This document shows, one piece after another, positions 17,935-27,138 of a stretch of DNA of 64,000 nt; the stretch's first letter is position 1; each line of letters starts with the position of its first letter. Made by a program: the position numbers and the translations under genes. Source of the stretch: Burkholderiales bacterium (GTDB lineage Bacteria; Pseudomonadota; Gammaproteobacteria; Burkholderiales; SHXO01); NCBI GenBank assembly GCA_020854105.1, contig JADZGB010000003.1:60573-124572 (forward strand). The letters are read 5' to 3'. The notes under the pieces are model-generated. The model was not told the origin of the DNA. It did no database searches and saw only the letters and a list, made by a program, of their open reading frames with translations.

Positions 17935-18630
17935 TCAGGCCGCCGGCACCGCGCTGCCGCCCTGGCGCTGCAGGATGTTGGAGAACTCCTCCATGAACGT
18001 CTCGAAGCGCGTGGACAGCCGATCTATCTCGCGCGCGTAGTAGTTGAACGCCACGACCGCGGGTATCGCGGCGAACAGCCCGATCGCGGTCGCGATCAAG
18101 GCCTCGGCGATGCCGGGGGCCACCTGTCCGAGCGTGGCCTGCTGCACGTTCGCCAGGCCCCGGAAGGCATTCATGATTCCCCACACCGTGCCCAGCAGGC
18201 CCACGTAGGGGCTCACCGAACCCACCGTGGCGAGGAAGGACAGGTGGGCCTCGAGATAGTCCAGTTCACGCTGATAGGTCGCGCGCATCGCGCGGCGCGT
18301 GCCATCCATCACCACCGCGATTTGCTGCGCGCTCTGCCGCCGCAGCTTGACGAACTCGCGGAAGCCGGCCTCGAAGATGCGCTCCATGCTGGCCGGCGTG
18401 CGCCGGCCATTGACGATCGACTGGAACAGCTGGTTCAGGTCGGGCCCGCTCCAGAACGTGCGCTCGAAATCCTCGGACTTGCGACGCGTGTCACGCAGCA
18501 CGAAGGCCTTGCGGAAGATGAACCACCAGGAGGCAAGCGACATCACCATCAGCAGGAGCATGACCAGCTTCACCAGTAAGCTGGCCTGCCCGATCAGGGC
18601 GATCATCGACAGATCATGAGTGACGTCCAC
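17935..18630 (-). CDS. tolQ: protein TolQ (MotA/TolQ/ExbB family)
   Basis: 'VSPYVGLLGTVWGIMNAF' and 'VAPGIAEALIATAIGLFAAIPAV' signatures. Confidence 0.9.
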   Translation of the reverse strand: MDVTHDLSMIALIGQASLLVKLVMLLLMVMSLASWWFIFRKAFVLRDTRRKSEDFERTFWSGPDLNQLFQSIVNGRRTPASMERIFEAGFREFVKLRRQSAQQIAVVMDGTRRAMRATYQRELDYLEAHLSFLATVGSVSPYVGLLGTVWGIMNAFRGLANVQQATLGQVAPGIAEALIATAIGLFAAIPAVVAFNYYAREIDRLSTRFETFMEEFSNILQRQGGSAVPAA

Positions 18631-19093
18631 GCTTGCTCCTCTCGTTCTGCCGGATTGTCGATGCGCTCGGGGCGAGTTCGGCGTACAGCGTCCCGGGCAG
18701 AGCGGTCGGTCGGAAGCTGCCTCCTTCCACGCAGGCGAGGTTCACGCTCGCCTCCACCAGGTCCTGGGCATCGCGGCATGCACGCTGGCGCAGCGTGAGC
18801 TGTGCGCGGCCCACGTGCTCCACCTCCACCGAAACGCGCAACCTGTCATCGAGCAGCGCCGGGCGCAGGAAGCGCAGTTCCAGGCGCCGCACGATGAACA
18901 GGTGCCCGGCCTGCGCCATCGCACGCAGGTCGTAGCCCAGATGTCGCAGCCACTCGGTACGCGCCCGCTCGAAGAAGTTCAGGTAATTCGCGTGGTAGAC
19001 GACGCCGCCCGCGTCGGTGTCCTGGTAGTACACGCGCAAGTCGATGCAGAACGCCTCGGGGCCGGCCGCCGGCCGTGCTTCAGGAGACGGCAT
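18614..19093 (-). CDS. ybgC: tol-pal-associated acyl-CoA thioesterase YbgC
   Basis: 4HBT hot-dog motif '[30 protein letters not shown]'. I chose ATG 19093; the ORF opens at GTG 19105. It overlaps the ruvB 3' end. Confidence 0.8.
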   Translation of the reverse strand: MPSPEARPAAGPEAFCIDLRVYYQDTDAGGVVYHANYLNFFERARTEWLRHLGYDLRAMAQAGHLFIVRRLELRFLRPALLDDRLRVSVEVEHVGRAQLTLRQRACRDAQDLVEASVNLACVEGGSFRPTALPGTLYAELAPSASTIRQNERSKRGRHS

Positions 19094-20123
19094 TCCACAG
19101 GTCACCGCCGGGAGCCCCCTGCGGCGTCGCGACGCCGAAATGACGGTAGGCCGACAGCGTCGCCACCCGTCCGCGCGGCGTGCGCTGCAGGTAACCCTGC
19201 TGGATCAGGTAGGGCTCGAGCACGTCCTCGATGGTATCGCGCTCCTCGCCGATGGCGGCGGCCAGATTGTCCAGCCCCACCGGCCCGCCGCCGAACTTCT
19301 CCAGCACCGCGAGCAGAAGCTTGCGGTCCATGAGGTCGAATCCCACGGTGTCCACGTCCAGCATGCGCAGCGCCGCATCCGCCATCTCCCGCGTGACCAC
19401 GCCCTCGCCCCGGACTTCCGCGTAGTCGCGTACACGCCGCAACAGGCGGTTGGCAATGCGCGGGGTACCGCGCGAGCGCGACGCGATCTCGAACGCGCCG
19501 CCGGTGTGCATGGTCACGCCGAGCAGCCCCGCGGAGCGCTCCACGATCAGGGTCAATTCCTGCGACGTGTAGAACTCCAGGCGCGACACGATGCCGAAGC
19601 GGTCGCGCAACGGATTGGTGAGCATGCCCGCGCGCGTGGTGGCGCCCACCAGCGTGAACGCGGGCAGATCGAGCTTGACCGAACGCGCGGCGGGCCCCTC
19701 GCCGATCATGATGTCGATCTGGAAATCCTCCAATGCCGGATAGAGAATCTCCTCGACCACCGGCGAGAGGCGGTGGATCTCGTCGATGAACAGGACGTCG
19801 TTGGGTTCGAGGTTGGTAAGCAGGGCCGCCAGATCGCCCGGGCGCTCGAGCACCGGACCGGAGGTCTGCCGCAGGCTCACTCCCATCTCGCGGGCGATGA
19901 TGTGCGCGAGCGTGGTCTTGCCCAGACCCGGGGGGCCGAACAGCAGCACATGGTCGAGCGCCTCGCGGCGCCTGCGCGCGGCCTCCACGAAGATGGAGAG
20001 CTGGTCGCGCAGCTTCTCCTGTCCCACGTAGTCCGACAGTTGCCTGGGCCGCAGCGCGCGCTCCACGGCCTCCTCTTGCGGCGAGGTCCGTTCGGCGGCG
20101 ATCAGGCGGTCAGTCTCGATCAT
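19080..20123 (-). CDS. ruvB: Holliday junction branch migration helicase RuvB
   Basis: Homology begins at [11 protein letters not shown]... (ATG 20123). Walker A '[11 protein letters not shown]', 'LFIDEIHRL' and '[15 protein letters not shown]'. Confidence 0.95.
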   Translation of the reverse strand: MIETDRLIAAERTSPQEEAVERALRPRQLSDYVGQEKLRDQLSIFVEAARRRREALDHVLLFGPPGLGKTTLAHIIAREMGVSLRQTSGPVLERPGDLAALLTNLEPNDVLFIDEIHRLSPVVEEILYPALEDFQIDIMIGEGPAARSVKLDLPAFTLVGATTRAGMLTNPLRDRFGIVSRLEFYTSQELTLIVERSAGLLGVTMHTGGAFEIASRSRGTPRIANRLLRRVRDYAEVRGEGVVTREMADAALRMLDVDTVGFDLMDRKLLLAVLEKFGGGPVGLDNLAAAIGEERDTIEDVLEPYLIQQGYLQRTPRGRVATLSAYRHFGVATPQGAPGGDLWNAVS

Positions 20124-20155
20124 CCCGTCGGCTCGTGCGGCATCGCGTCCGGCCC

Positions 20156-20920
20156 TCAGGCCCGGCCGGACTTGCGGAATCCCTCGAGCGCGGCTTCGAT
20201 CTCCGTGGCTGCGGGATCGATGCGTCGCGGCAGGTCCGCTGCGGTACGCGACAGGCGCTGGCTGACCATACCGGTCACCTTGAGCACCGCGTTGACGAAG
20301 TACTTCTTGCCGGTGGCGGACATGGCGAACCTGTTGCCGTCCTGGTGCGCTTCGGTATCGAAGCGCATCTCCCGCTCCTCGATCTCGTACAGGTCCTGCA
20401 TGCGCTTGCGGTCGGCCTCGATGCCGGGCAGGCTGTGCTGAATCTTTCCGCCCAGGGCCAGCGCACTGATGACGTGGAACGCGATGCTGTGGTCGACGAT
20501 CATCGCCTGCTTGCGCCCGGCCATGGTGCCGAAGTGCGTGAGCAGGCCGTCCAGGTCCTGCTCGGTGAACTCGGCCTGATTCAGGCGCGACCATTCCTCG
20601 GACAGCCACTCCAGGCTCGAGAAATCGCGTTTCGCGCTGCCCATGAGGCGGGACACGATGGCGTCTTCGGCCTGCTTCCAGTGGTCGTTGGACGGGTTCC
20701 AGCTGCCGCCCAGGTTCTGCTCCACGCCGAGACGGCGCAGGAAGTCGCGCGCCGCGAGGATGCTCTCCTGCTTGAGGTAGTAGTCCCCGACCGCGACAGT
20801 GGTCGTCAAATCGTGCACGTTGACCAGACGCTCGCTCTTCTCCACCTGGGCGGCACCTGCACTGCCCAGCATCAGAGCCAGCAACACCGCCCCCGCCCAT
20901 CGACACAGATTCGTCTTCAT
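20156..20920 (-). CDS. hypothetical secreted protein inserted between ruvA and ruvB
   Basis: 254-aa ORF with Sec-type signal peptide [24 protein letters not shown]. Diverse, helix-rich composition. Same strand as ruvB and 32 bp upstream of it. Family not recognised. Confidence 0.6.
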   Translation of the reverse strand: MKTNLCRWAGAVLLALMLGSAGAAQVEKSERLVNVHDLTTTVAVGDYYLKQESILAARDFLRRLGVEQNLGGSWNPSNDHWKQAEDAIVSRLMGSAKRDFSSLEWLSEEWSRLNQAEFTEQDLDGLLTHFGTMAGRKQAMIVDHSIAFHVISALALGGKIQHSLPGIEADRKRMQDLYEIEEREMRFDTEAHQDGNRFAMSATGKKYFVNAVLKVTGMVSQRLSRTAADLPRRIDPAATEIEAALEGFRKSGRA

Positions 20921-20954
20921 GCTTTCCGGTTCTCTCGTCTGTCGTTGCGCTGCA

Positions 20955-21019
20955 TCGTCGCGCGCTTCGTCGTGCCGTATCGTCGCGCCCTAATCGTCGC
21001 GTCCTATCGTCGCCCGGTG
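20955..21019. repeat. degenerate about 13-bp tandem repeat (5 core copies, TCGTCGCGCC(C)TA)
   Basis: TCGTCGCGCGCT / TCGTCGTGCCGTA / TCGTCGCGCCCTAA / TCGTCGCGTCCTA / TCGTCGCCCGG arranged head to tail. Weaker copies flank them (20933-21037). Located in the 177-bp spacer between the ruvA stop and the ORF at 20920. Confidence 0.65.
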
Positions 21020-21097
21020 CCGGCGACATCGTACCGGATGCGCTCGACGCAGGTATAGCGTGCCAGCGCGCGACCTCGTCCTCATGCGGACGCCTCG

Positions 21098-21676
21098 TCA
21101 ACCCACCCTGGACAGGAGTCGAAGCGCCTGGCGGATCGACTCGGACGCGTTGAGATCGGGCGGCAGCTTCGCGAGCGCGGCGGCTGCTTCCTTTTCGCTG
21201 TAACCCAGCGCGAGCAGGCCGTTCAGGGCGTCGCCGCGGGCATTGCCGCCCGAGACTGCGCCGGTCGTAACGCCACCGTGCAGCTTGTCGCGCAACTCCA
21301 GCAGCAGGCGCTCCGCGGTCTTGCGGCCGATGCCCGGCACCTTGACCAGGCGCGCGCTGTCCTGCGCTGCCACTGCCTGACCGAGTTCATCCACGGTCAT
21401 GCCCGACAGCACGGCGAGGGCCGTGCGCGCGCCGATCCCCGAGATGCGCACCAGCTGACGGAAAGCCTGGCGCTCGGCCTCAGTCGAGAACCCGAACAGC
21501 AGGTGCGCGTCCTCGCGCACGATGAGCTGCGTATGCAGCACCACGCGCTGGCCGGTTGCCGGCAACTGGTAGAACGTGCTCATCGGCACGTCCACCTCGT
21601 AGGCCACACCCTGCACGTCGACCAGGATCTGCGGCGGATGCTTCTCCACCAGCGTGCCGGTGAGCCGGCCGATCAT
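21098..21676 (-). CDS. ruvA: Holliday junction DNA helicase RuvA
   Basis: [31 protein letters not shown]... and the HhH motifs 'ISGIGARTA' and '[12 protein letters not shown]'. Confidence 0.9.
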   Translation of the reverse strand: MIGRLTGTLVEKHPPQILVDVQGVAYEVDVPMSTFYQLPATGQRVVLHTQLIVREDAHLLFGFSTEAERQAFRQLVRISGIGARTALAVLSGMTVDELGQAVAAQDSARLVKVPGIGRKTAERLLLELRDKLHGGVTTGAVSGGNARGDALNGLLALGYSEKEAAAALAKLPPDLNASESIRQALRLLSRVG

Positions 21677-21689
21677 CGCGCCGGCTCCC

Positions 21690-22238
21690 TCACACCAGCC
21701 GCCCGTGGCGCACCCGGTAGCCTGCAGTGGCGAGCCGACCCAGGCCCTGTCCCCCGTGTGCGTGGCAGATCGCGCATGCGAGCGCGTCGGCCGCATCCGC
21801 ACTGGGATCGGCGGCCAGCCCCAGCAGCCGTCGAACCATCTCCTGCACCTGCTCCTTGGCCGCGTGGCCGTTGCCGACGACCGCCTGCTTGACCTGCAGC
21901 GCGGTGTACTCCGCCACCGGCAGGCCGTGCGACACCGCCGCGCAGATTGCCGCACCGCGTGCCTGGCCCAGACGCAGGGTGGACTGCGGATTGACGTTCA
22001 CGAACACCTGCTCCACCGCAACCTGGTCGGGCGCATGCTCGGTGATTACCTGCGCGAGGCTGTCCAGAATGGTCTTGAGCCGCTCCGGCAGCGGTGCGTC
22101 GGCCGTACGCACCACGCCGCTGCTCACGTAGCTGAGGGCCTGCCCGCGCCGCTCCAGCACACCGAAGCCGGTGACGCGCAGGCCCGGGTCGATTCCCAGG
22201 ATCCGTACCGCGGCGACCGCTGCAGCGTGCCCGCGCAT
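21690..22238 (-). CDS. ruvC: crossover junction endodeoxyribonuclease RuvC
   Basis: '[15 protein letters not shown]' and '[13 protein letters not shown]' signatures. Confidence 0.9.
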   Translation of the reverse strand: MRGHAAAVAAVRILGIDPGLRVTGFGVLERRGQALSYVSSGVVRTADAPLPERLKTILDSLAQVITEHAPDQVAVEQVFVNVNPQSTLRLGQARGAAICAAVSHGLPVAEYTALQVKQAVVGNGHAAKEQVQEMVRRLLGLAADPSADAADALACAICHAHGGQGLGRLATAGYRVRHGRLV

Positions 22239-22251
22239 GGAGGGGGGCGGC

Positions 22252-22977
22252 TCAGTCCGCGACCACGGCGGTGGTGTACACGGCCTGCACGTCGTCCAGG
22301 CCTTCCAGCGCGTCCAGCAGCTTCTGCATGCGCACGCTGTCCTCTCCAGCGAGCACGTTCTCGGTGGCTGCCTTCATCGTCACCTCGGCCAGTTCGGCCA
22401 TGAAGCCCGCCTTCTCGAGCGCCGCCTTGACCGCCGGGAAGTCTCCCGGTGCGGTGATCACCTCCGCGCTGCCGTCGTCGTTCATCACGACGTCGTCCGC
22501 GCCCGCCTCGATCGCACTCTCCATCAGCCTGTCTTCGCTCACGCCGGGCGCGAATACCAGCTGGCCACAGTGCCTGAACAGGAACGCCACCGAACCGTCG
22601 GTGCCCAGATTGCCGCCATACTTCGCGAAGGCATGACGCACATCGGCCACGGTGCGCGTGCGGTTGTCGGTCATGCAATCGACCATCACCGCCGCCCCGC
22701 CGACGCCGTAGCCTTCATAGCGGATCTCCTCGTAATCGACTCCCTCCAGCTCACCGCTGCCGCGCTTGATCGCACGCTCGATGTTGTCCTTCGGCATGTT
22801 GGCCTCGTAGGCCTTCTCGATGCCCAGCCGCAGGCGCGGATTCATGTCGGGAGCCGCGCCGCCGAGCTTGGCAGCAACGGTGATTTCCTTGATCAGGCGC
22901 GTAAACACCTTGCCGCGCCTAGCGTCCTGTGCGGCCTTCTTGTGCTTGATGTTGGCCCACTTGCTGTGACCTGCCAT
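22252..22977 (-). CDS. yebC: YebC/PmpR-family DNA-binding transcriptional regulator
   Basis: [32 protein letters not shown]... (ATG 22977). Upstream of ruvC, as in Pseudomonas. Confidence 0.9.
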   Translation of the reverse strand: MAGHSKWANIKHKKAAQDARRGKVFTRLIKEITVAAKLGGAAPDMNPRLRLGIEKAYEANMPKDNIERAIKRGSGELEGVDYEEIRYEGYGVGGAAVMVDCMTDNRTRTVADVRHAFAKYGGNLGTDGSVAFLFRHCGQLVFAPGVSEDRLMESAIEAGADDVVMNDDGSAEVITAPGDFPAVKAALEKAGFMAELAEVTMKAATENVLAGEDSVRMQKLLDALEGLDDVQAVYTTAVVAD

Positions 22978-23151
22978 ACGAACCTCGGGCTGCACCGGCT
23001 GGGATGCCGGACAGCAATTGCACCATCCATGACGACGAGACGGATCCGGATCTACGACAGCCGATCCGGACAGTTTGGGAAGCACATCAATGCAGTCGTG
23101 CATCCCACGGATATAATTCAAAGTTTATCACAGCCCCCCTGCGGAACCGCC

Positions 23152-24684
23152 ATGTCAGAGCCGCTGCCGATCGCCAAAGCGAAGGACGACATCCACCTCC
23201 TGCCGGCCCTGGCGAACCGGCACGGCCTGATCACGGGCGCCACCGGTACGGGCAAGACCGTCACCCTGCAGACGCTCGCACAAGGATTCAGCCGTATCGG
23301 CGTGCCAGTGTTTCTCGCCGACGTGAAGGGCGACCTGTCCGGGCTGAGCCAGGCGGGCCAGATGAGCCCGAAGCTGCAGCAGCGGCTGGACACGCTCGGA
23401 CTCGCGGCGCCGGAATTCGCGGCCTGTCCCGTGGTGTTCTGGGACGTGCTCGGGGAGCAGGGCCATCCCCTGCGCTCGACCATTTCCGAACTCGGTCCGC
23501 TGCTGCTCGCGCGCATGCTCGATCTCAACGAGACACAGACCGGCGTGCTCGCGCTGGTGTTCAGGATCGCCGACGACAACGGCCTGCTGCTGCTCGACCT
23601 CAAGGATCTGCGGGCGATGTGCCAGTTCGTCGGCGACAACGCGAAGCAGTTCACCACCGATTACGGAAACGTCTCCGCAGCCAGCATCGGAGCCATCCAG
23701 CGTGGTCTGCTGCAGCTCGACGAGCAAGGCGGGGACCGGTTCTTCGGCGAGCCGGCACTGGACATCGACGACCTCATGCAGACCGACGGCAACGGCCGCG
23801 GGATCATCAACATCCTGTCGGCCGACAGGCTGATGCAGCAGCCCAAGATCTACGCGACGCTGCTGCTGTGGCTGCTCTCGGAGCTGTTCGAGCGCCTTCC
23901 GGAGGTAGGCGATCCGGACAAGCCCAAGCTCGTGTTCTTCTTCGACGAGGCGCACCTGCTGTTCAACGACGCGCCCAGGGCGCTGCTCGAGAAGATCGAA
24001 CAGGTGGTGCGGCTGATCCGCTCCAAGGGCGTAGGCGTGTACTTCGTCACGCAGAACCCGCTGGACGTGCCCGAGACGGTCCTGGGCCAGCTCGGCAACC
24101 GGGTGCAGCACGCGCTGCGCGCCTACACGCCGCGCGACCAGAAGGCGGTGAAGACGGCAGCGAGCACCATGCGCCAGAACCCCGAGATCGACACGGAGAA
24201 GGCGATCGCGGAACTGGCAGTGGGCGAAGCGCTGGTGTCGATGCTCGACGAAAAGGGCCGTCCCGGGATCGTGGAGCGCGCCTGGATCCTGCCGCCCGGC
24301 AGCCGCATCGGCGCGATCACGCCGACGGAACGCCGGCAGGCGGTCCGCGCGTCCGTGCTGTTCGGGCACTACGACGAGACTGTGGACCGCGATTCTGCAT
24401 ACGAGAAGCTGCGAAGCGCCGCGGCATCGCGCATGTCGCCCGCACCAGAACAGAAAGCGGACGAACCTGCGGCCCCGACGGCGCCAGCCGGCGGCGGCAG
24501 TGTGATGGACGTGCTCGGGGGAATCCTGGTGGGAAGCACCGGACCGCGCGGCGGACGGCGCGAAGGCATGCTGGAGGCGGCAGCCAAGAGCGCCGCGCGC
24601 TCGGTGGGCTCCCAGCTCGGCCGCCAGATCATGCGCGGCGTGCTGGGCGGATTGCTCGGCGGCAGCACTCGCACCCGCCGCTGA
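23152..24684 (+). CDS. yjgR: YjgR-like (DUF853, HerA-like) P-loop NTPase
   Basis: Homology starts at [36 protein letters not shown] (Walker A). '[12 protein letters not shown]' is the Walker B. Gly/Arg-rich C-terminal tail. Confidence 0.85.
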   Translation: MSEPLPIAKAKDDIHLLPALANRHGLITGATGTGKTVTLQTLAQGFSRIGVPVFLADVKGDLSGLSQAGQMSPKLQQRLDTLGLAAPEFAACPVVFWDVLGEQGHPLRSTISELGPLLLARMLDLNETQTGVLALVFRIADDNGLLLLDLKDLRAMCQFVGDNAKQFTTDYGNVSAASIGAIQRGLLQLDEQGGDRFFGEPALDIDDLMQTDGNGRGIINILSADRLMQQPKIYATLLLWLLSELFERLPEVGDPDKPKLVFFFDEAHLLFNDAPRALLEKIEQVVRLIRSKGVGVYFVTQNPLDVPETVLGQLGNRVQHALRAYTPRDQKAVKTAASTMRQNPEIDTEKAIAELAVGEALVSMLDEKGRPGIVERAWILPPGSRIGAITPTERRQAVRASVLFGHYDETVDRDSAYEKLRSAAASRMSPAPEQKADEPAAPTAPAGGGSVMDVLGGILVGSTGPRGGRREGMLEAAAKSAARSVGSQLGRQIMRGVLGGLLGGSTRTRR

Positions 24685-24867
24685 CATCCACACGATCGTC
24701 TGCCGGATGATACGCGCCGACGTCATCGCGGAACGTTTCCAGGTGACGCATTCGCGGACGCACCTGACACCGTCTCAAAATGACGACAGCGCACGCCCGC
24801 ACACGCGCCGTGTGTCAATCGAATCTCACAATTTGTCAGGAAAACGATGGACGAACATAGGTCGTGA

Positions 24868-24882
24868 TGGCAACATCGTTGC
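24868..24882 (+). promoter_or_regulatory. candidate sigma-54 (-24/-12) promoter, also a perfect palindrome
   Basis: TGGCAA-CATCG-TTGC has correct GG/GC spacing. It lies 66 bp upstream of the kinase ATG in a lower-GC 263-bp spacer. It is embedded in the palindrome GGCAAC-ATC-GTTGCC. Confidence 0.35.
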
Positions 24883-24947
24883 CGCGCGGAGACTGCCGGT
24901 ATCCGGCGCGCAACGAATCGTCAATCAAAATGCATTAGAACGACGGC

Positions 24948-27113
24948 ATGACTGGCCTCGCTACGCCCGCGCTCGGCGCCGTCGATGTGATGCGCCTTCC
25001 GGTCATGCCCATCGTGCTCCGGCATGCTCTGGAGCGTGCGGGCGAGGGACGTCCGACCGAAACGCTGGCGCGGGCGATCGGGCGGGACGCAGGGCTGGCG
25101 ATGCGCTTTCTCGCCGCCACTGCCTCGGCCGCCGGCATCCAGCAGTCCGCGAACACATCGCTGGAGCAGCAGGTTCACACGCTCGGCGGAGGCATCGCCC
25201 AGACGATCCTCATGCGCGCAGCGCGCGACCGTCTGCGGGAGCCCGCCTCGGCTGCCGCCGCACAGGACGCGCTGGCGCACTGGGCCCACTCCCTGCACTG
25301 CGCACACATCGCGCAGGCCGTCGCGGAAGCGTGCGCCTATTCGAGTCCGCACGAAGCCTATCTTGCCGGACTGCTGCACGACGTAGGCATGCTCGCGCTC
25401 GCAGCCGACATGCCGCACGCCTGGTCCGGCATCGCCGCAGCGGCGGCGCACGAGGGACAGCTGCTCGAACTGGAGCTCGACCGGCTCGAAACCAGCCACG
25501 CCGAAGTCTCCTGCATGCTGGCAACACGAATCGGTCTGCCGGGTCACCTTGCCGACGCCCTGCTGCTCCAGCACGCCCCCTACGCCGAGTTGCTCGGCAC
25601 CCACAAGCTGGTGCGCATGCTGTGGGTGACCGAGGCATGCACCGAGCGCTCCGGCAGCGCTCCGGACTTGCAGACATACGCGCGCCTGATCGGGTTGCCG
25701 CCCGAGGCACTGGACGCGGCGCTGCGGCAGGCGGCTGTGCGCTTCATACAGGACGTGCAGGAATTGTCGGCGCCGGTGCCGGCCGCGGACAGGTGGTGGC
25801 GGCTGCCGGTGCCGGCGCACGAGGACCCTGCCCGCACCCCGGAGGCGGCATGGCAGGCAGGTGCCGACACCAGGCTGCTCGATACCGTCATGCAGAGCGC
25901 GTCCTTGCAGCAGGCGCCCGCGCTGCTGATGGGGGCGGAGGATACGGGCGGCGTGCTGTCGAGGCTGCGCAGCATCACCGCCGCGCTGCTCGGCCTGCAG
26001 ATGTTCGTGGCTTTCCTGCACGACTCGGCCGCACGCTCCCTGACCGGCTGGTTCGTCAGTCCTCAGCGCCTGGCGCCTGCCGAACTGGACATTCCGATGA
26101 ATGCGGGCACCAGCCTGGTGGTGCGCACCGCGATCGAACGCACGCCTCAGCAGGCGCCATCGACGCATGGCGGGGAGCGCCTGCGCGGGGTGGACATCGA
26201 GATCGCGCGGCTGCTGCAGGCGCCGGCACTGGCGACGGTGCCGCTCACCGCGGGCAGCGCCCTGCTCGGCGTGCTCGCCTTCGGTGTGTCGCAGGAACAG
26301 GCGCAGCGCATGGCTCTCGACACGGGAATGCTGCAGAGGCTGGCGGAGATGGCAAGCCATGCCCTCACCCACCGCAAGGCGCACGCGGACCAGCAGCGGC
26401 TGAAGGAAACGGACCTGCGCGAGCGCCTGCGCAACTCGGCCAGACGGCTGGTGCACGAGGCGCGCAACCCGCTCACCGTGATGAAGACGCATCTGGAACT
26501 GCTCGGCGAGCGAGTGCGCAACGGCGATCCGATCGACAAGGACATCCGGGTCCTGCGCGCGGAGATCGACCGCGTGTCCGAGATCATCGGCCGCATCGGC
26601 AGCGCCGACCTCTCGGTGGAGAAGGCGCAGGCACCCACCGACATCAACGCGCTGGTGCGCGAGCTCATGGTGGTCTACCGCGAGGCGCTGTTCGTCACGC
26701 GCGCCATCGAGGTCGGCCTGGAACTCGATCCGCGCCTGCCGTCCGTGATGACCGATCCCAACGCGCTCAAGCAGGTGCTGCTCAACTTCTGGAAGAACGC
26801 CTCCGAGGCGATGCCCGCCGGCGGGCAGGTGCGCGTACGCACGCTCGACCGCGTCAACTACGAGGGCCGGCTGATGGTCGAGATCAGCGTGTCGGACACC
26901 GGCACCGGAATGCCGGCCGAGATGCTGGAGACCCTCTTCTCGGAGCGCCTGACCATGAGCAAGGGCGCGGATCGCGGATACGGCCTGAACAATGCCTACA
27001 CCCTGGTCAAGCAGCTCGGCGGTCACGTCCTGTGCCGCAGCGAGCCAGAGCGGGGCACCATGTTCACCGTCCTGCTCCCACGGCAGTCGGGCGCATCCGC
27101 GGCACGCGCGTGA
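24948..27113 (+). CDS. cytoplasmic sensor histidine kinase with N-terminal HDOD domain
   Basis: HDOD-like N-terminus ('LLHDVGMLALA'), an unassigned central region, H-box 'HEARNPLTVM', N-box 'NFWKNASEAM', G-boxes 'DTGTGM' and 'GYGL'. No TM helices. Confidence 0.8.
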   Translation: MTGLATPALGAVDVMRLPVMPIVLRHALERAGEGRPTETLARAIGRDAGLAMRFLAATASAAGIQQSANTSLEQQVHTLGGGIAQTILMRAARDRLREPASAAAAQDALAHWAHSLHCAHIAQAVAEACAYSSPHEAYLAGLLHDVGMLALAADMPHAWSGIAAAAAHEGQLLELELDRLETSHAEVSCMLATRIGLPGHLADALLLQHAPYAELLGTHKLVRMLWVTEACTERSGSAPDLQTYARLIGLPPEALDAALRQAAVRFIQDVQELSAPVPAADRWWRLPVPAHEDPARTPEAAWQAGADTRLLDTVMQSASLQQAPALLMGAEDTGGVLSRLRSITAALLGLQMFVAFLHDSAARSLTGWFVSPQRLAPAELDIPMNAGTSLVVRTAIERTPQQAPSTHGGERLRGVDIEIARLLQAPALATVPLTAGSALLGVLAFGVSQEQAQRMALDTGMLQRLAEMASHALTHRKAHADQQRLKETDLRERLRNSARRLVHEARNPLTVMKTHLELLGERVRNGDPIDKDIRVLRAEIDRVSEIIGRIGSADLSVEKAQAPTDINALVRELMVVYREALFVTRAIEVGLELDPRLPSVMTDPNALKQVLLNFWKNASEAMPAGGQVRVRTLDRVNYEGRLMVEISVSDTGTGMPAEMLETLFSERLTMSKGADRGYGLNNAYTLVKQLGGHVLCRSEPERGTMFTVLLPRQSGASAARA

Positions 27114-27138
27114 ACGCATCGACGAAGGGCAGCTGGCA

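Noticed and set aside
20124-21101. N-terminal extension of the ruvB ORF (673 aa) across the intervening gene and spacer
   Set aside because: RuvB homology starts exactly at MIETDRL (20123). The extension is Arg/Gly-rich and overlaps a better ORF in another frame.
22171-23151. N-terminal 327 codons of the 837-aa ORF containing yjgR
   Set aside because: This part is antisense to ruvC and yebC, which have clear signatures. YjgR homology begins at MSEPLPIAK (23152).
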